Positions 1-9,259 of a DNA stretch of 64,000 nt are shown one piece after another. Under the pieces are notes generated by a model. The model saw only the letters and a program-made list of their open reading frames with translations. It was not told the origin of the DNA and did no database searches. This DNA is from an uncultured Ectothiorhodospiraceae bacterium (GTDB lineage: Bacteria > Pseudomonadota > Gammaproteobacteria > JAABTG01). A program made the translations under genes and the position numbers. Location: NCBI GenBank assembly GCA_964439835.1, contig CAYTPQ010000003.1:55468-119467 (forward strand). The letters run 5' to 3'. Each line of letters begins with the position of its first letter. Within the stretch, counting starts at the first letter, position 1.

Positions 1-807
1 CAGACCGGATCCCCGGGCCCGGCGGGGGCATCCGGGGCGGCCGTGCGTAGGCCCGGCGAGACCGCCGACAGTCGGGGCCCCACCCGCCCGGCTGCAGCGA
101 CCGGGCCGACCCGCGGCAACGGCGGACCCTCGCCGGCACCGGGTCCCTGGTCGCCGGGCGAGTCAGGGGCCGAGGCCTACCTGCGCGAGCTGGGCTGGCG
201 CGAGTTCGGCCACCACGTGCTGTTCCACTTTCCGCACACCGCCGATGCCCCCCTGGACCGCCGCTTCGAGGCCTTTCCCTGGCGGCGAGACTACGGCGCC
301 CTGCTCTCGGCCTGGCAGCGAGGGCGCACCGGGGTGCCGCTGGTGGACGCGGGGATGCGGGAGCTCTGGGCGACCGGCTGGATGCACAACCGCGTGCGGA
401 TGGTGGTGGCCTCGTTCCTGACCAAGAACCTGCGCATCCCCTGGCAGGAGGGCGCCCGCTGGTTTTGGGACACGCTGGTGGACGCCGACCTCGCGAACAA
501 CACCCTGGGCTGGCAGTGGGCCTCGGGCTGTGGGGCCGACGCGGCGCCCTACTTCCGGGTCTTCAACCCGGTGCTCCAGGGCGAGCGCTTCGACCCGGCC
601 GGCGCCTACGTCCGGCGCTGGGTGACGGAGCTGGCACGGGTGCCCGACCAGTGGCTACACCACCCCTGGGAGGCACCGCCTGCAGTGGTGGCAGGCGCCG
701 GCGTCCGGCTCGGCGCGGACTACCCCGCGCCGGTCGTCGACCTGAAGGAGAGCCGCGAGGAGGCCCTCGCCGCCTACCGCGCGGTGACCGGCAACGAGGG
801 GCGGTGA
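1..807 (+). CDS. phrB: Deoxyribodipyrimidine photolyase/cryptochrome, C-terminal FAD-binding part (5' end lies outside the window)
   Basis: Translation carries a photolyase FAD-domain signature (WREFGHHVLFHFP...TGWMHNRVRMVVASFLTKNLRIPWQEGARWFWDTLVDADLANNTLGWQWASGCGADAAPYFRVFNP). The frame is open to base 1, so the gene is truncated by the window edge. Confidence 0.8.
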   Translation, partial: QTGSPGPAGASGAAVRRPGETADSRGPTRPAAATGPTRGNGGPSPAPGPWSPGESGAEAYLRELGWREFGHHVLFHFPHTADAPLDRRFEAFPWRRDYGALLSAWQRGRTGVPLVDAGMRELWATGWMHNRVRMVVASFLTKNLRIPWQEGARWFWDTLVDADLANNTLGWQWASGCGADAAPYFRVFNPVLQGERFDPAGAYVRRWVTELARVPDQWLHHPWEAPPAVVAGAGVRLGADYPAPVVDLKESREEALAAYRAVTGNEGR

Positions 808-823
808 TCGCCGGGAGGGGGGG

Positions 824-1618
824 TCAGTCCGCGCTGAGGCCCGCCCGGCGCAGGAGGGCGGCGGCGAAGGTCGCCGGGATGGCGTAGGTGATACCACTCG
901 GCTCCTTGAGCAGGTTCTCCTTGCTCTCCTTGACGAAGACCTTGTTGATAACGCCGACCACCACCCCGCTGTCCGGGTGATAGAGGGGGCTGCCGCTGTT
1001 GCCCGGGTAGGCGGTGGCGTCGAGCTGGAAGACGTCGTAGGGCGAGCCCAGGCGCTGTATGACTTTCGGGTCCAGAGTCTTCGCGCTGATCTGCGGGGTC
1101 GCGATGGGCGTGATGGCCGAGACCATCGCCTGGTGGGTAACCGGCCGCATCCCCAGCACGATACCGAGGGGGAAACCGGTGAAGGCGTAGCGCTCCCCTT
1201 CCCGCACCCGTCCCGAGTCCCCGAGCCGCAGGGCCGGCAGGGGAGCGCCCTGGAACGACAGCAGGGCGACGTCGTGCTCCGGGTCGGTCGCCACCACCGT
1301 CGCCTCCCGCACCCCCTCACGCCCCCCCGCGCCGGTCAGCACCGCCAGGAACTCCTTGCGCTCCTGGTCGAGGGACACCGGGATGACGTGGGCGTTGGTG
1401 ATGGCGTGGCGCCCGTCCCCCACCACGAAGCCGGTGCCAGTGAACTGCCCCGGCGGGCGCCGGGTCAGCTGGACGGTGCCGACGCCGAGGACACTCGGCT
1501 TGACCCGAGCGATCGTCTCGGGCAAGCCGGCCCGGGCCGGCAGCGCCAGGGCCGCGACAAGCAGGGCCGATGCAAGGACCGCGGCCAGCGAGCGAGAAAC
1601 GGTTGCGGCGTAGAACAC
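824..1618 (-). CDS. Trypsin-like S1 serine protease (HtrA/DegP-related, no PDZ), secreted
   Basis: Signal peptide (LAAVLASALLVAALALPARA), GTGFVVGDGRHAITNAHV and GNSGSPL active-site motifs. The ORF-track start at 1744 would read through a repeat element, so I placed the start at the GTG (1618) just before the signal peptide. The start is uncertain. Confidence 0.65.
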   Translation of the reverse strand: MFYAATVSRSLAAVLASALLVAALALPARAGLPETIARVKPSVLGVGTVQLTRRPPGQFTGTGFVVGDGRHAITNAHVIPVSLDQERKEFLAVLTGAGGREGVREATVVATDPEHDVALLSFQGAPLPALRLGDSGRVREGERYAFTGFPLGIVLGMRPVTHQAMVSAITPIATPQISAKTLDPKVIQRLGSPYDVFQLDATAYPGNSGSPLYHPDSGVVVGVINKVFVKESKENLLKEPSGITYAIPATFAAALLRRAGLSAD

Positions 1619-1629
1619 CGGGGAAGCAA

Positions 1630-1700
1630 CCACGAAGGACACGAAGAACACCAAGATGTATTCGTCTAAACAAATCTTTGTGTTCTTCGTGTCCTTAGTA
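1630..1700. repeat. Family C hairpin element, copy 1. Arms CCACGAAGGACACGAAGAACAC / GTGTTCTTCGTGTCCTTAG around an AT-rich loop
   Basis: Inverted repeat with a low-GC loop (ccaagatgtattcgtctaaacaaatctttg). A second copy lies at 5439-5570. It sits in the 5' region of the protease gene. Confidence 0.6.
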
Positions 1701-1740
1701 GTTAATCCGTATCCCGTGCAGCACCAAGGTAAACCTGGGG

Positions 1741-1965
1741 TCAACCCACCAGGTGGCGCTTGATGACGTCGATGTCGACCACCCGGTCCTCGCTCCGTTC
1801 CGCGCGCTCGGTCCGCTCCAGCGCGAGCCGGACCTCCTTCAGCGACTCCAGGTAGCGCTCGACCGCCTCGCGGACCACGTCGGACCGGGCGCGGCGAAGG
1901 TCATTGGCCGTGCGGTCGAGCTCGGCGATCAGCTCATCCGGGAAGCGTGCAGTGATGTACGGCAT
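1741..1965 (-). CDS. Ribbon-helix-helix (CopG/ParD-like) small DNA-binding protein. No cognate toxin is adjacent
   Basis: 74-aa ORF MPYITARFPDELIAELDRTANDLRRARSDVVREAVERYLESLKE..., with ATG at 1965. The RHH call is from the motif pattern. Confidence 0.5.
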   Translation of the reverse strand: MPYITARFPDELIAELDRTANDLRRARSDVVREAVERYLESLKEVRLALERTERAERSEDRVVDIDVIKRHLVG

Positions 1966-2015
1966 GACAACCCCCAGCGCGTGTCGATCCCCAACTGTCC
2001 GTGCGGCCTGCGCGT

Positions 2016-3131
2016 CTAACCGGCCCCGCGCGACTCGCGGTCCCACAGCACCTTCACGATCCGCTCCGCCGCGTGCCCGTCCCACAGCTCCGGGCGCCGG
2101 CCGACCTTACCCTGACCGTCGATGACCCGGTTCGCCTCGGCCAGGATCCGCTCGGGGTCCTGGCCGGCGAGCACGTTGGTGCCCTCGGTCACCGTGATCG
2201 GGCGCTCGGTGTTCTCGCGCGCCGTGACACAGGGGACACCCAGGGCGGTGGTCTCCTCCTGGATGCCGCCCGAGTCGGTCAGCACCAGACGAGCATTGTC
2301 CATACACTTTAAAAAGTCCAGGTAACCCAGCGGATCTACGAGCTTGAGGTCCCGGAAATCCCGCAGCCCCCGCTCCAGCCGGAACTCCCCTAGCTTGGCC
2401 CGGGTACGTGGGTGGATGGGAAAGACCACGGGCAGGCGCACCGACAGCGCCCCCAGGACCTCCAGCAGCCCAGCCAGGGTGTCGCGGTCGTCGACGTTCG
2501 AAGGCCGGTGCAGGGTGACCAGTGCGTAGCCGCGGGGGCTCAGACCCAGGTCTTCGAGCACCGGGCTGCGGCTCGCCTTCTCCCGGTGCCTGAGCAGCGA
2601 GTCGATCATCACGTTGCCGACGAAGAAGACCCGCTCCTCTGGGATCCCCTCCCGGCGCAGGTTCTCCAGCGCCGTGCGCTCGGTGGTGAAGAGGTAATCC
2701 GAGATCTGGTCGGTCAGGACCCGGTTGACCTCCTCTGGCATGCCGCGGTCGTAGGAGCGCAGGCCCGCCTCCACGTGGACGAGCTTGACGCCCATCTTCA
2801 CCGCGACCAGCCCGCAGGCGATGGTCGAGTTGACGTCACCGACCACCAGGACCAGGTCGGGCTTCAGCTGCTTCATCTCGCGCTCGAAGGCGATCATGAC
2901 CTTGCCGGTCTGCTCGCCGTGGCCACCGGAGCCGACGCCGAGGTACACGTCCGGCTTCGGCAGGCCCAGGTGGTCGAAGAAGAGCTGTGACATCTTGTGG
3001 TCGTAGTGCTGACCGGTGTGCACCACCAGCGGCTCGATCCCCGGCTGGGCCCGCATCGCCTCCCAGAGGGGGGCAACCTTCATGAAGTTCGGGCGGGCGC
3101 CGACGACGTTGACGATCTTGAGCGCGGGCAT
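2016..3131 (-). CDS. wecB: UDP-N-acetylglucosamine 2-epimerase (non-hydrolysing)
   Basis: MPALKIVNVVGARPNFMKVAPL...HTGQHYD...DSGGIQEE is full-length WecB/MnaA-like. The start was chosen at the internal Met that matches the family N-terminus. Confidence 0.9.
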   Translation of the reverse strand: MPALKIVNVVGARPNFMKVAPLWEAMRAQPGIEPLVVHTGQHYDHKMSQLFFDHLGLPKPDVYLGVGSGGHGEQTGKVMIAFEREMKQLKPDLVLVVGDVNSTIACGLVAVKMGVKLVHVEAGLRSYDRGMPEEVNRVLTDQISDYLFTTERTALENLRREGIPEERVFFVGNVMIDSLLRHREKASRSPVLEDLGLSPRGYALVTLHRPSNVDDRDTLAGLLEVLGALSVRLPVVFPIHPRTRAKLGEFRLERGLRDFRDLKLVDPLGYLDFLKCMDNARLVLTDSGGIQEETTALGVPCVTARENTERPITVTEGTNVLAGQDPERILAEANRVIDGQGKVGRRPELWDGHAAERIVKVLWDRESRGAG

Positions 3132-3474
3132 GGGGCAGTGGTAGGCGGGGTTTCCTGACCCGGAAGGAAGCGGGCGATGGCCGGGAGAGCGGCCGCTCCG
3201 GCCGGTTCTAAAGCGCCTCGCCGGGGGGGTCGCTAACGGCGGCACGGCGACCGGGCGTTGAATTGTACACGAGACCGAGAGCTAGGGGCCCGAAGAGAAG
3301 GTCTCCAGCGGTCCTCGGAGCAGAGTGCGGGCCACCCGTAGGGCCCTCCGGTCCCGGACAACGGGCAGGCGTGAGCGCCTGGGGACCTCGGCCTACAATC
3401 TGCCGGCGGCAGAGCAGGCCGCGCCGGCCACCGAACGCGTGCCCGACGACCGCTGGCCCCCTACTGGAGCGGAG

Positions 3475-4551
3475 ATGGGACCCCAAGGCTACACACTGTT
3501 GGTCACTGGCGGCGCCGGGTTTATCGGCTCGGAGGTCGTGCGCCAGGTCATCGCCGAGACCGACTGGACCGTGGTCAACGTCGACAAGCTGACCTACGCC
3601 GGCAATCTGGAATCCCTCGAGTCGGTCGCCGCCGACCCGCGCTATTACTTCGAGCGCGTCGACGTCTGCGACGCCGCGGCCGTGCAGGGCCTGTTCGCGC
3701 GCTACCGCCCCGACGCGGTCATGCACCTGGCCGCCGAGAGCCACGTCGACCGCTCGATCGACGGGCCGGCCGAGTTCATCCAGACCAATGTCTGGGGCAC
3801 CTACACCCTGCTGCAGGAGGCCCTGCGTCACTGGCGCACGCTCCCCGACGAGGAGCGCACGACCTTCCGCTTCCATCACGTCTCGACCGACGAGGTCTAC
3901 GGCTCACTGGGGGCAACCGGGCTCTTTACCGAGGAGACCCCGTACGCCCCCAACTCGCCCTATTCCTCGAGCAAGGCCGCCTCCGACCACCTGGTGCGGG
4001 CCTGGCACCACACCTACGGGCTACCGGTGGTCACCAGCAACTGCTCGAACAACTACGGCCCGTTCCAGTTCCCGGAGAAGCTGATACCGCTGGTCACGCT
4101 CAACGCGCTCGAAGGCAAACCGCTGCCGATCTACGGCCAGGGCGACAACGTGCGCGACTGGCTCTACGTCGGGGACCACGTGCGCGCGCTGCGCCGGATC
4201 CTGACGGCCGGCACACCGGGCGAGACCTACAACGTCGGCGGCAACAACGAGCGCACCAACCTGGAGGTCGTGCAGACGATCTGCGCGGTGCTGGACGCGC
4301 TGCGGCCGGACTCGCCCTACCGGCCCCACGCACAACTGATCACCTTCGTCACCGATCGTCCCGGCCACGACAAGCGCTACGCGATCGACGCCACCAAGAT
4401 CGCCCGCGAGCTCGGCTGGACGCCGGCGGAATCGTTCGAGTCGGGCCTGCGCAAGACCGTGCAGTGGTACCTGGACAACCCGCGCTGGTGGCAGCGCGTG
4501 CAGGACGGCAGCTATCAGCGCGAGCGACTGGGTCTCGGAGGCAGCGCATGA
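3475..4551 (+). CDS. rfbB: dTDP-glucose 4,6-dehydratase
   Basis: TGGAGFIGS Rossmann motif and YSSSKAASD catalytic motif. There is an SD (ggagcggag) before the ATG at 3475. Confidence 0.92.
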   Translation: MGPQGYTLLVTGGAGFIGSEVVRQVIAETDWTVVNVDKLTYAGNLESLESVAADPRYYFERVDVCDAAAVQGLFARYRPDAVMHLAAESHVDRSIDGPAEFIQTNVWGTYTLLQEALRHWRTLPDEERTTFRFHHVSTDEVYGSLGATGLFTEETPYAPNSPYSSSKAASDHLVRAWHHTYGLPVVTSNCSNNYGPFQFPEKLIPLVTLNALEGKPLPIYGQGDNVRDWLYVGDHVRALRRILTAGTPGETYNVGGNNERTNLEVVQTICAVLDALRPDSPYRPHAQLITFVTDRPGHDKRYAIDATKIARELGWTPAESFESGLRKTVQWYLDNPRWWQRVQDGSYQRERLGLGGSA

Positions 4552-5423
4552 AGGGCATCATCCTCGCCGGCGGCAGCGGCACGCGGCTCTACCCGCTGAC
4601 CCAGGTGGTCAGCAAGCAGCTGCTGCCGGTCTACGACAAACCGATGGTCTACTACCCGCTGTCCACGCTGATGCTGGCGGGGATCCGGGAGATCCTGATC
4701 ATCTCCACGCCCCAGGACCTCCCGCGCTTTCGCGAGCTGCTCGGCAGCGGCGCCCAATGGGGTCTCGATCTCGCCTACGCCGAGCAGCCGCGGCCCGAAG
4801 GTCTCGCCCAGGCTTTCGTCATCGGCGCGCCGTTCGTCGGCGCCGACACGGTCTCCCTGGTACTCGGCGACAACATCTTCTACGGCCACCGCATGGCGAC
4901 CGTGCTGCAGCAGGCCGCGCGCGAGCGCGAGGGCGCGACCGTGTTCGGCTACTACGTCCGTGACCCCGAGCGCTACGGCGTCGTCGCCTTCGACGCCAGC
5001 GGGCGCCCGAGCCAGATCGTCGAGAAGCCGAAGGTCGCGCCGTCCAACATTGCCGTCACGGGGCTCTACTTCTACGACAACGAGGTGATCGAGGTCGCGC
5101 GCAACCTCAGGCCCTCGCCGCGGGGTGAGCTCGAGATCACCGACGTCAACGCCCATTACCTGGCACGGGGCCAGCTGCGGGTCGAGATGCTCGGCCGCGG
5201 CACCGCCTGGCTCGACACCGGCACCCACGAGTCGCTGCTGAAGGCCGGCCAGTTCGTGCAGCTCCTGGAGGAGCGCCAGGGGCTCAAGGTCGCCTGCCCC
5301 GAAGAGATCGCCTGGCGCATGGGCTACATCGACGACGAGCGCCTGGAGGCACTGGCCGCGCCGCTGGCGAAGAGCGGCTACGGCGAGTACCTGCTGGAGA
5401 TGCTGCGGCGGGGGGGACTATGA
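4548..5423 (+). CDS. rfbA: Glucose-1-phosphate thymidylyltransferase
   Basis: [18 protein letters not shown]... The ATG overlaps the rfbB stop as ATGA. Confidence 0.92.
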   Translation: MKGIILAGGSGTRLYPLTQVVSKQLLPVYDKPMVYYPLSTLMLAGIREILIISTPQDLPRFRELLGSGAQWGLDLAYAEQPRPEGLAQAFVIGAPFVGADTVSLVLGDNIFYGHRMATVLQQAAREREGATVFGYYVRDPERYGVVAFDASGRPSQIVEKPKVAPSNIAVTGLYFYDNEVIEVARNLRPSPRGELEITDVNAHYLARGQLRVEMLGRGTAWLDTGTHESLLKAGQFVQLLEERQGLKVACPEEIAWRMGYIDDERLEALAAPLAKSGYGEYLLEMLRRGGL

Positions 5424-5438
5424 GCGGCAAACAACAGA

Positions 5439-5570
5439 GAACACCACAAAGGACACGAAGCGAATTGAAGGAGAAGCGAATGCGGCGACCAATCCGGGGC
5501 CTGCCGAGAGGCGTCAGCGGCGCTCCCGTTCTTTCAGCCTCCCTTCTTGTTCTTCGTGTCCTTCGTGGTT
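5439..5570. repeat. Family C hairpin element, copy 2, intergenic between rfbA and rfbC
   Basis: Arms gaacaccacaaaggacacgaag ... cttcttgttcttcgtgtccttcgtggtt share the GGACACGAAG core with the copy at 1630-1700. Confidence 0.55.
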
Positions 5571-5580
5571 TATCCGCTCC

Positions 5581-6132
5581 GTGAAGACCCAACAGACCGC
5601 ACTCCCCGGCGCGCTGATCCTGGAGCCGAAGGTCTTCGGTGACGCCCGTGGGTTCTTCATGGAGACCTGGAACCGGCGGCGCTACGTCGAGGCCGGCCTG
5701 CCCGGCGAGTTCGTCCAGGACAACGTCTCGTTCTCCCAACACGGCGTGCTACGCGGGCTGCACTACCAGCACCCGAACGCCCAGGGCAAGCTCGTCTACG
5801 TCCTCCAGGGCGAGGTCTTCGACGTGGCCGTCGACGTGCGGGTCGGCTCGCCGACCTTCGGGCGCTGGGCCGGGGTCACGCTCTCGGCGGAGAACCGGCG
5901 CCAGTTCTGGGTCCCGCCCGGATTCGCCCACGGCTTCTGCGTGACCGGCGAGACCGCGCTCTTCTGCTACAAGTGCACCGAGCTCTACGCCCCGGAGCAC
6001 GAGGGCTCGATCCTCTGGAACGACCCCGCAATCGGCATCGCCTGGCCGCTGGAGCACCCGGCGCTCTCGGCCAAGGACGCGGCGGCGCCGCCGCTGGCCG
6101 AGATAAGCCGCGCGCGCCTGCCGCCGGCGTGA
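5581..6132 (+). CDS. rfbC: dTDP-4-dehydrorhamnose 3,5-epimerase
   Basis: RmlC cupin motifs (DARGFFMETW, RGLHYQ, FWVPPGFAHGF) and a GTG start. No rfbD follows. Confidence 0.9.
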   Translation: MKTQQTALPGALILEPKVFGDARGFFMETWNRRRYVEAGLPGEFVQDNVSFSQHGVLRGLHYQHPNAQGKLVYVLQGEVFDVAVDVRVGSPTFGRWAGVTLSAENRRQFWVPPGFAHGFCVTGETALFCYKCTELYAPEHEGSILWNDPAIGIAWPLEHPALSAKDAAAPPLAEISRARLPPA

Positions 6133-6238
6133 GCCCCGCGCACCCGTCAGGCCCGCGGGGAGAGCGAGGCGTCAAGCCCCCGCCAGCTCCCGGCGATAAT
6201 GTTGGGAGACGCTTGCCGATGACCGGAGGCCGCTGACC

Positions 6239-7810
6239 TTGCTCCTTCACCACTTCGTTCGCGACCGGGCCGAGCACCGGCCCGAGGCGACTGCGCTGCG
6301 CTTGCGCGGCGAGGCCCTCGACTACGGCGAGCTGCAGGCCCGCATCGAGGCCTTCGCGCGGGGGCTCGTCGGTCTCGGCCTCGGTCCCTCCGAGCGCGTC
6401 GCCGTCTACCTGCCCAAGCGGTTCGAGACGGTGGTCGCGCTGTTCGGCGCCGCGGCGGCGGGCGGCGTGTTCGTGCCGGTCAACCCGCTGCTCAAGCCAG
6501 CCCAAGTCACCTATATCCTGAAGGACTGCAACGTCCGGGTGCTGGTCACCTCCGGGGACCGCCTGCCAATCCTCGCCGAGGGGCTGCGCGAGTGCCACGA
6601 CCTGCACACGGTCGTGCTGGTGGACGGCGTGCCAGAGGAGGCCCTCGGCCATGTGCGGGCACTGCCGTGGGCGGCGCTCGCCGAGGTCGACGGCGGCGCC
6701 ACGCCCCACCGCCGGATTGACATGGACATGGCGTCGATCCTGTACACCTCGGGCAGCACCGGGCGACCGAAGGGCGTGGTGCTCTCCCACCGCAACATGG
6801 TGACCGGGGCGCTGAGCGTCGCCGAGTACCTCCAGAACGTGGCCGAGGACCGCCTGCTGGCGGTGCTGCCGTTCAGCTTCGACTACGGCTTCAGCCAGCT
6901 CACGACCGCCTTCTCGGTGGGCGCGAGCGTCTCGCTGATGGACTACCTGCTGCCCCGCGACGTGGTGAAGGCGGTGGCCCGCGACCGCATCACCGGCCTC
7001 GCCGCGGTGCCGCCGCTCTGGGTCCAGCTCGCGCCGCTGGACTGGCCGGCCGATGCGGTGGAGAGCCTGCGCTACCTGACCAACTCCGGCGGCGCCATGC
7101 CGACCCGGGTGACCACGCGCCTGCGCGAGGCGCTGCCGAGGACACGCGTGTTCCTGATGTACGGGCTGACCGAGGCCTTCCGCTCGACCTATCTGCCGCC
7201 CGAGGAGCTGGACCGCCGCCCGGAGTCGATGGGCAGAGCCATCCCCAACGCCGAGATCCTGGTGGTACGCGAGGACGGCTCTCCCTGCGCCCCCGGCGAG
7301 CCCGGCGAGCTCGTACACCGCGGCTCGCTGGTCGCCATGGGCTACTGGAACGACCCCGAGCGGAGCGCCGAGCGCTTCAAGCCGGCGCCGGGCCAGCCGG
7401 CGGAGGTACCGCTGACCGAGATGGCGGTGTGGTCGGGCGACACCGTGCGCACGGACGAGGACGGTTTCCTGTACTTCGTCGGCCGGCGCGATGAGATGAT
7501 CAAGACCTCGGGCTACCGGGTGAGCCCGACCGAGGTCGAGGAGGTGCTTTACGCGAGCGGCCTGGTCGCCGAGGCCGCGGCCCTCGGCCTGCCGCACCCG
7601 ACCCTCGGCCAGGGGATCTGCGCCGTGGTCCAGCCCCGCGACGCCGCCTTCGACCCGGAATCCCTGCTGGCCGCCTGCAAGCGCGAGCTGCCGAACTTCA
7701 TGGTCCCGTTGCAGGTGGTGACCCGTGACGCCCTGCCGCGCAACCCGAACGGCAAGATCGACCGGCGTGCCCTGGCCGACGGCCTGCAGGGGCTCTGGGT
7801 CGAGTCGTGA
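6239..7810 (+). CDS. AMP-forming acyl-CoA ligase. It resembles the exosortase-A-system-associated ligase family
   Basis: Adenylate-forming motifs YTSGSTGRPKGV and GYRVSPTEVE...NGKIDR. The context, followed by a DapDC-fold decarboxylase and an AsnB-like gene, matches the exosortase-associated trio. The family assignment is from memory, not a search. TTG start. Confidence 0.8.
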   Translation: MLLHHFVRDRAEHRPEATALRLRGEALDYGELQARIEAFARGLVGLGLGPSERVAVYLPKRFETVVALFGAAAAGGVFVPVNPLLKPAQVTYILKDCNVRVLVTSGDRLPILAEGLRECHDLHTVVLVDGVPEEALGHVRALPWAALAEVDGGATPHRRIDMDMASILYTSGSTGRPKGVVLSHRNMVTGALSVAEYLQNVAEDRLLAVLPFSFDYGFSQLTTAFSVGASVSLMDYLLPRDVVKAVARDRITGLAAVPPLWVQLAPLDWPADAVESLRYLTNSGGAMPTRVTTRLREALPRTRVFLMYGLTEAFRSTYLPPEELDRRPESMGRAIPNAEILVVREDGSPCAPGEPGELVHRGSLVAMGYWNDPERSAERFKPAPGQPAEVPLTEMAVWSGDTVRTDEDGFLYFVGRRDEMIKTSGYRVSPTEVEEVLYASGLVAEAAALGLPHPTLGQGICAVVQPRDAAFDPESLLAACKRELPNFMVPLQVVTRDALPRNPNGKIDRRALADGLQGLWVES

Positions 7811-7879
7811 AGGCACCCACGCGCACCCCGCCACCCCGGCGCACGCACCCGCCCGCCCCGAGCCGAATCCGGTGACCCC

Positions 7880-9112
7880 ATGACCGAGCGCCCGACCCAC
7901 GCCCCGATGGACCAGTTCGCCGTGGTCGACGACTGCCTGCAGGTCGGCGGCGTGGCCCTCCCGCGGCTCGCCCGGCGCGTCGGTCAGACCCCTTTCTACG
8001 CCTACGACCGCCGGCTGATGAGCGAGCGCGTCGCACTCCTGCGTGCGGCCCTGCCACCCGGCGTCAGCCTGCACTACGCGGTCAAGGCCAACCCCATGCC
8101 GGCGGTGGTCCAGCACCTGGCGGGCCTGGTCGACGGGCTCGACGTGGCCTCCCTCGGCGAGCTGCGGACGGCCCTCGACACCGGCACCAGTCCCCACGTC
8201 ATCAGCTTCGCCGGCCCGGGCAAGACCGAGCGCGAGCTGGCCGCGGCGATGGCCTCCGGGATCACGATCAACCTGGAGAGCGAGGGCGAGCTGGAGCGGG
8301 CGGCCCGGGTCGGCGGCGAGATGGGCGAGCGTCCCCGCGTCGCCGTGCGCGTCAACCCGGACTTCGATCTGAAGTCATCGGGCATGAAGATGGGGGGCGG
8401 ACCCAAGGCCTTCGGCGTGGACGCCGAGCGGGTGCCGGCGATGCTGAATCGCATCGGCACGCTTTCGGTCGACTTCCAGGGCTTCCACATCTACTCGGGC
8501 TCCCAGAACCTGCGCGCCGAATCGATCGTCGAGGCCCAGACCCGCACCTTCGAGCTCGCCTTGCGCCTGGCGGCGCACGCGCCAGGGCCCGTGCGCCTGC
8601 TCAACATCGGCGGCGGCTTCGGCATTCCCTACTTCCCCGGCGATCGCCCGCTCGACCTCGGGCCGGTGACGGAGAACCTGCGGGCGCGTCTTCCGGAGGT
8701 TCGCCAGCGGCTCCCCCAGGCGGAGGTCGTGATCGAGCTCGGGCGGTATCTGGTCGGAGAGGCCGGCGTCTACGTCTGCGAGGTGATCGACCGCAAGGTC
8801 TCGCGCGGGCAGGTCTACCTCGTCACCAACGGCGGCCTGCACCACCATCTGGCGGCGTCCGGAAACTTCGGCCAGGTGATCCGCAAGAACTATCCGGTGG
8901 TGGTCGGCAACCGCGTGCGCGGCAACGAACGCGAGATTGCGAACGTCGTCGGCCCGCTCTGCACACCGCTCGACATCCTGGCCGAGAAGACCGAGCTCGC
9001 GCGGGCAGACGTCGGCGACCTGATCGCGGTCTTCCAGTCTGGGGCGTACGGACTCACCGCAAGCCCGCTCGGCTTCCTCAGCCACCCAAAAGCGCTGGAA
9101 GTGCTCGTCTAG
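7880..9112 (+). CDS. PLP-dependent decarboxylase of the Orn/DAP/Arg decarboxylase fold. It resembles the exosortase-A-associated decarboxylase
   Basis: YAVKANP PLP-lysine motif, a GGGFGIPY region and C-terminal CTPLD...GAYG, which is DapDC-like. Confidence 0.85.
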   Translation: MTERPTHAPMDQFAVVDDCLQVGGVALPRLARRVGQTPFYAYDRRLMSERVALLRAALPPGVSLHYAVKANPMPAVVQHLAGLVDGLDVASLGELRTALDTGTSPHVISFAGPGKTERELAAAMASGITINLESEGELERAARVGGEMGERPRVAVRVNPDFDLKSSGMKMGGGPKAFGVDAERVPAMLNRIGTLSVDFQGFHIYSGSQNLRAESIVEAQTRTFELALRLAAHAPGPVRLLNIGGGFGIPYFPGDRPLDLGPVTENLRARLPEVRQRLPQAEVVIELGRYLVGEAGVYVCEVIDRKVSRGQVYLVTNGGLHHHLAASGNFGQVIRKNYPVVVGNRVRGNEREIANVVGPLCTPLDILAEKTELARADVGDLIAVFQSGAYGLTASPLGFLSHPKALEVLV

Positions 9113-9184
9113 CAGCGACCGGGTCGCGCCGTGCGCCGGCGTCCGGCGGGGCGTCATCGCCGGACGTGGCTGCCGGTCTCCGGA

Positions 9185-9259
9185 GATTCTTCTAGGCCGG
9201 TCTTACCTTAGGTCAAACTACCTAACTAGCTGTTTGTAATAAATAATCCACGTCGATTT
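9185..9259 (+). promoter_or_regulatory. AT-rich intergenic region. Putative promoter/leader of the LuxR-type gene, with a strong SD (aaggagg) at its 3' end
   Basis: Local GC drops sharply against the ~70% background (...gtttgtaataaataatccacgtcgatttttgttggcaaggagg). No confident -35/-10 pair could be called. Confidence 0.3.

Noticed and set aside
1741-1965. The ribbon-helix-helix protein as the antitoxin of a type II toxin-antitoxin pair
   Set aside because: There is no toxin-like ORF (RelE, ParE, PIN, MazF or similar) upstream or downstream. The neighbours are wecB and a secreted protease, so I kept it as a stand-alone CopG-like regulator.
5876-8197. A 773-aa ORF on the minus strand, one of many long antisense ORFs (10776..12716, 12792..14672, 14860..16089, 19419..20411, 24647..27508, 27381..29738, 33824..35512, 45735..46970 and others)
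   Set aside because: Each lies opposite a gene with clear family motifs. Their translations are Arg/Gly/Pro-rich low-complexity sequence typical of non-coding frames in ~70% GC DNA, and they have no SD/start context. I treat them as GC artefacts.
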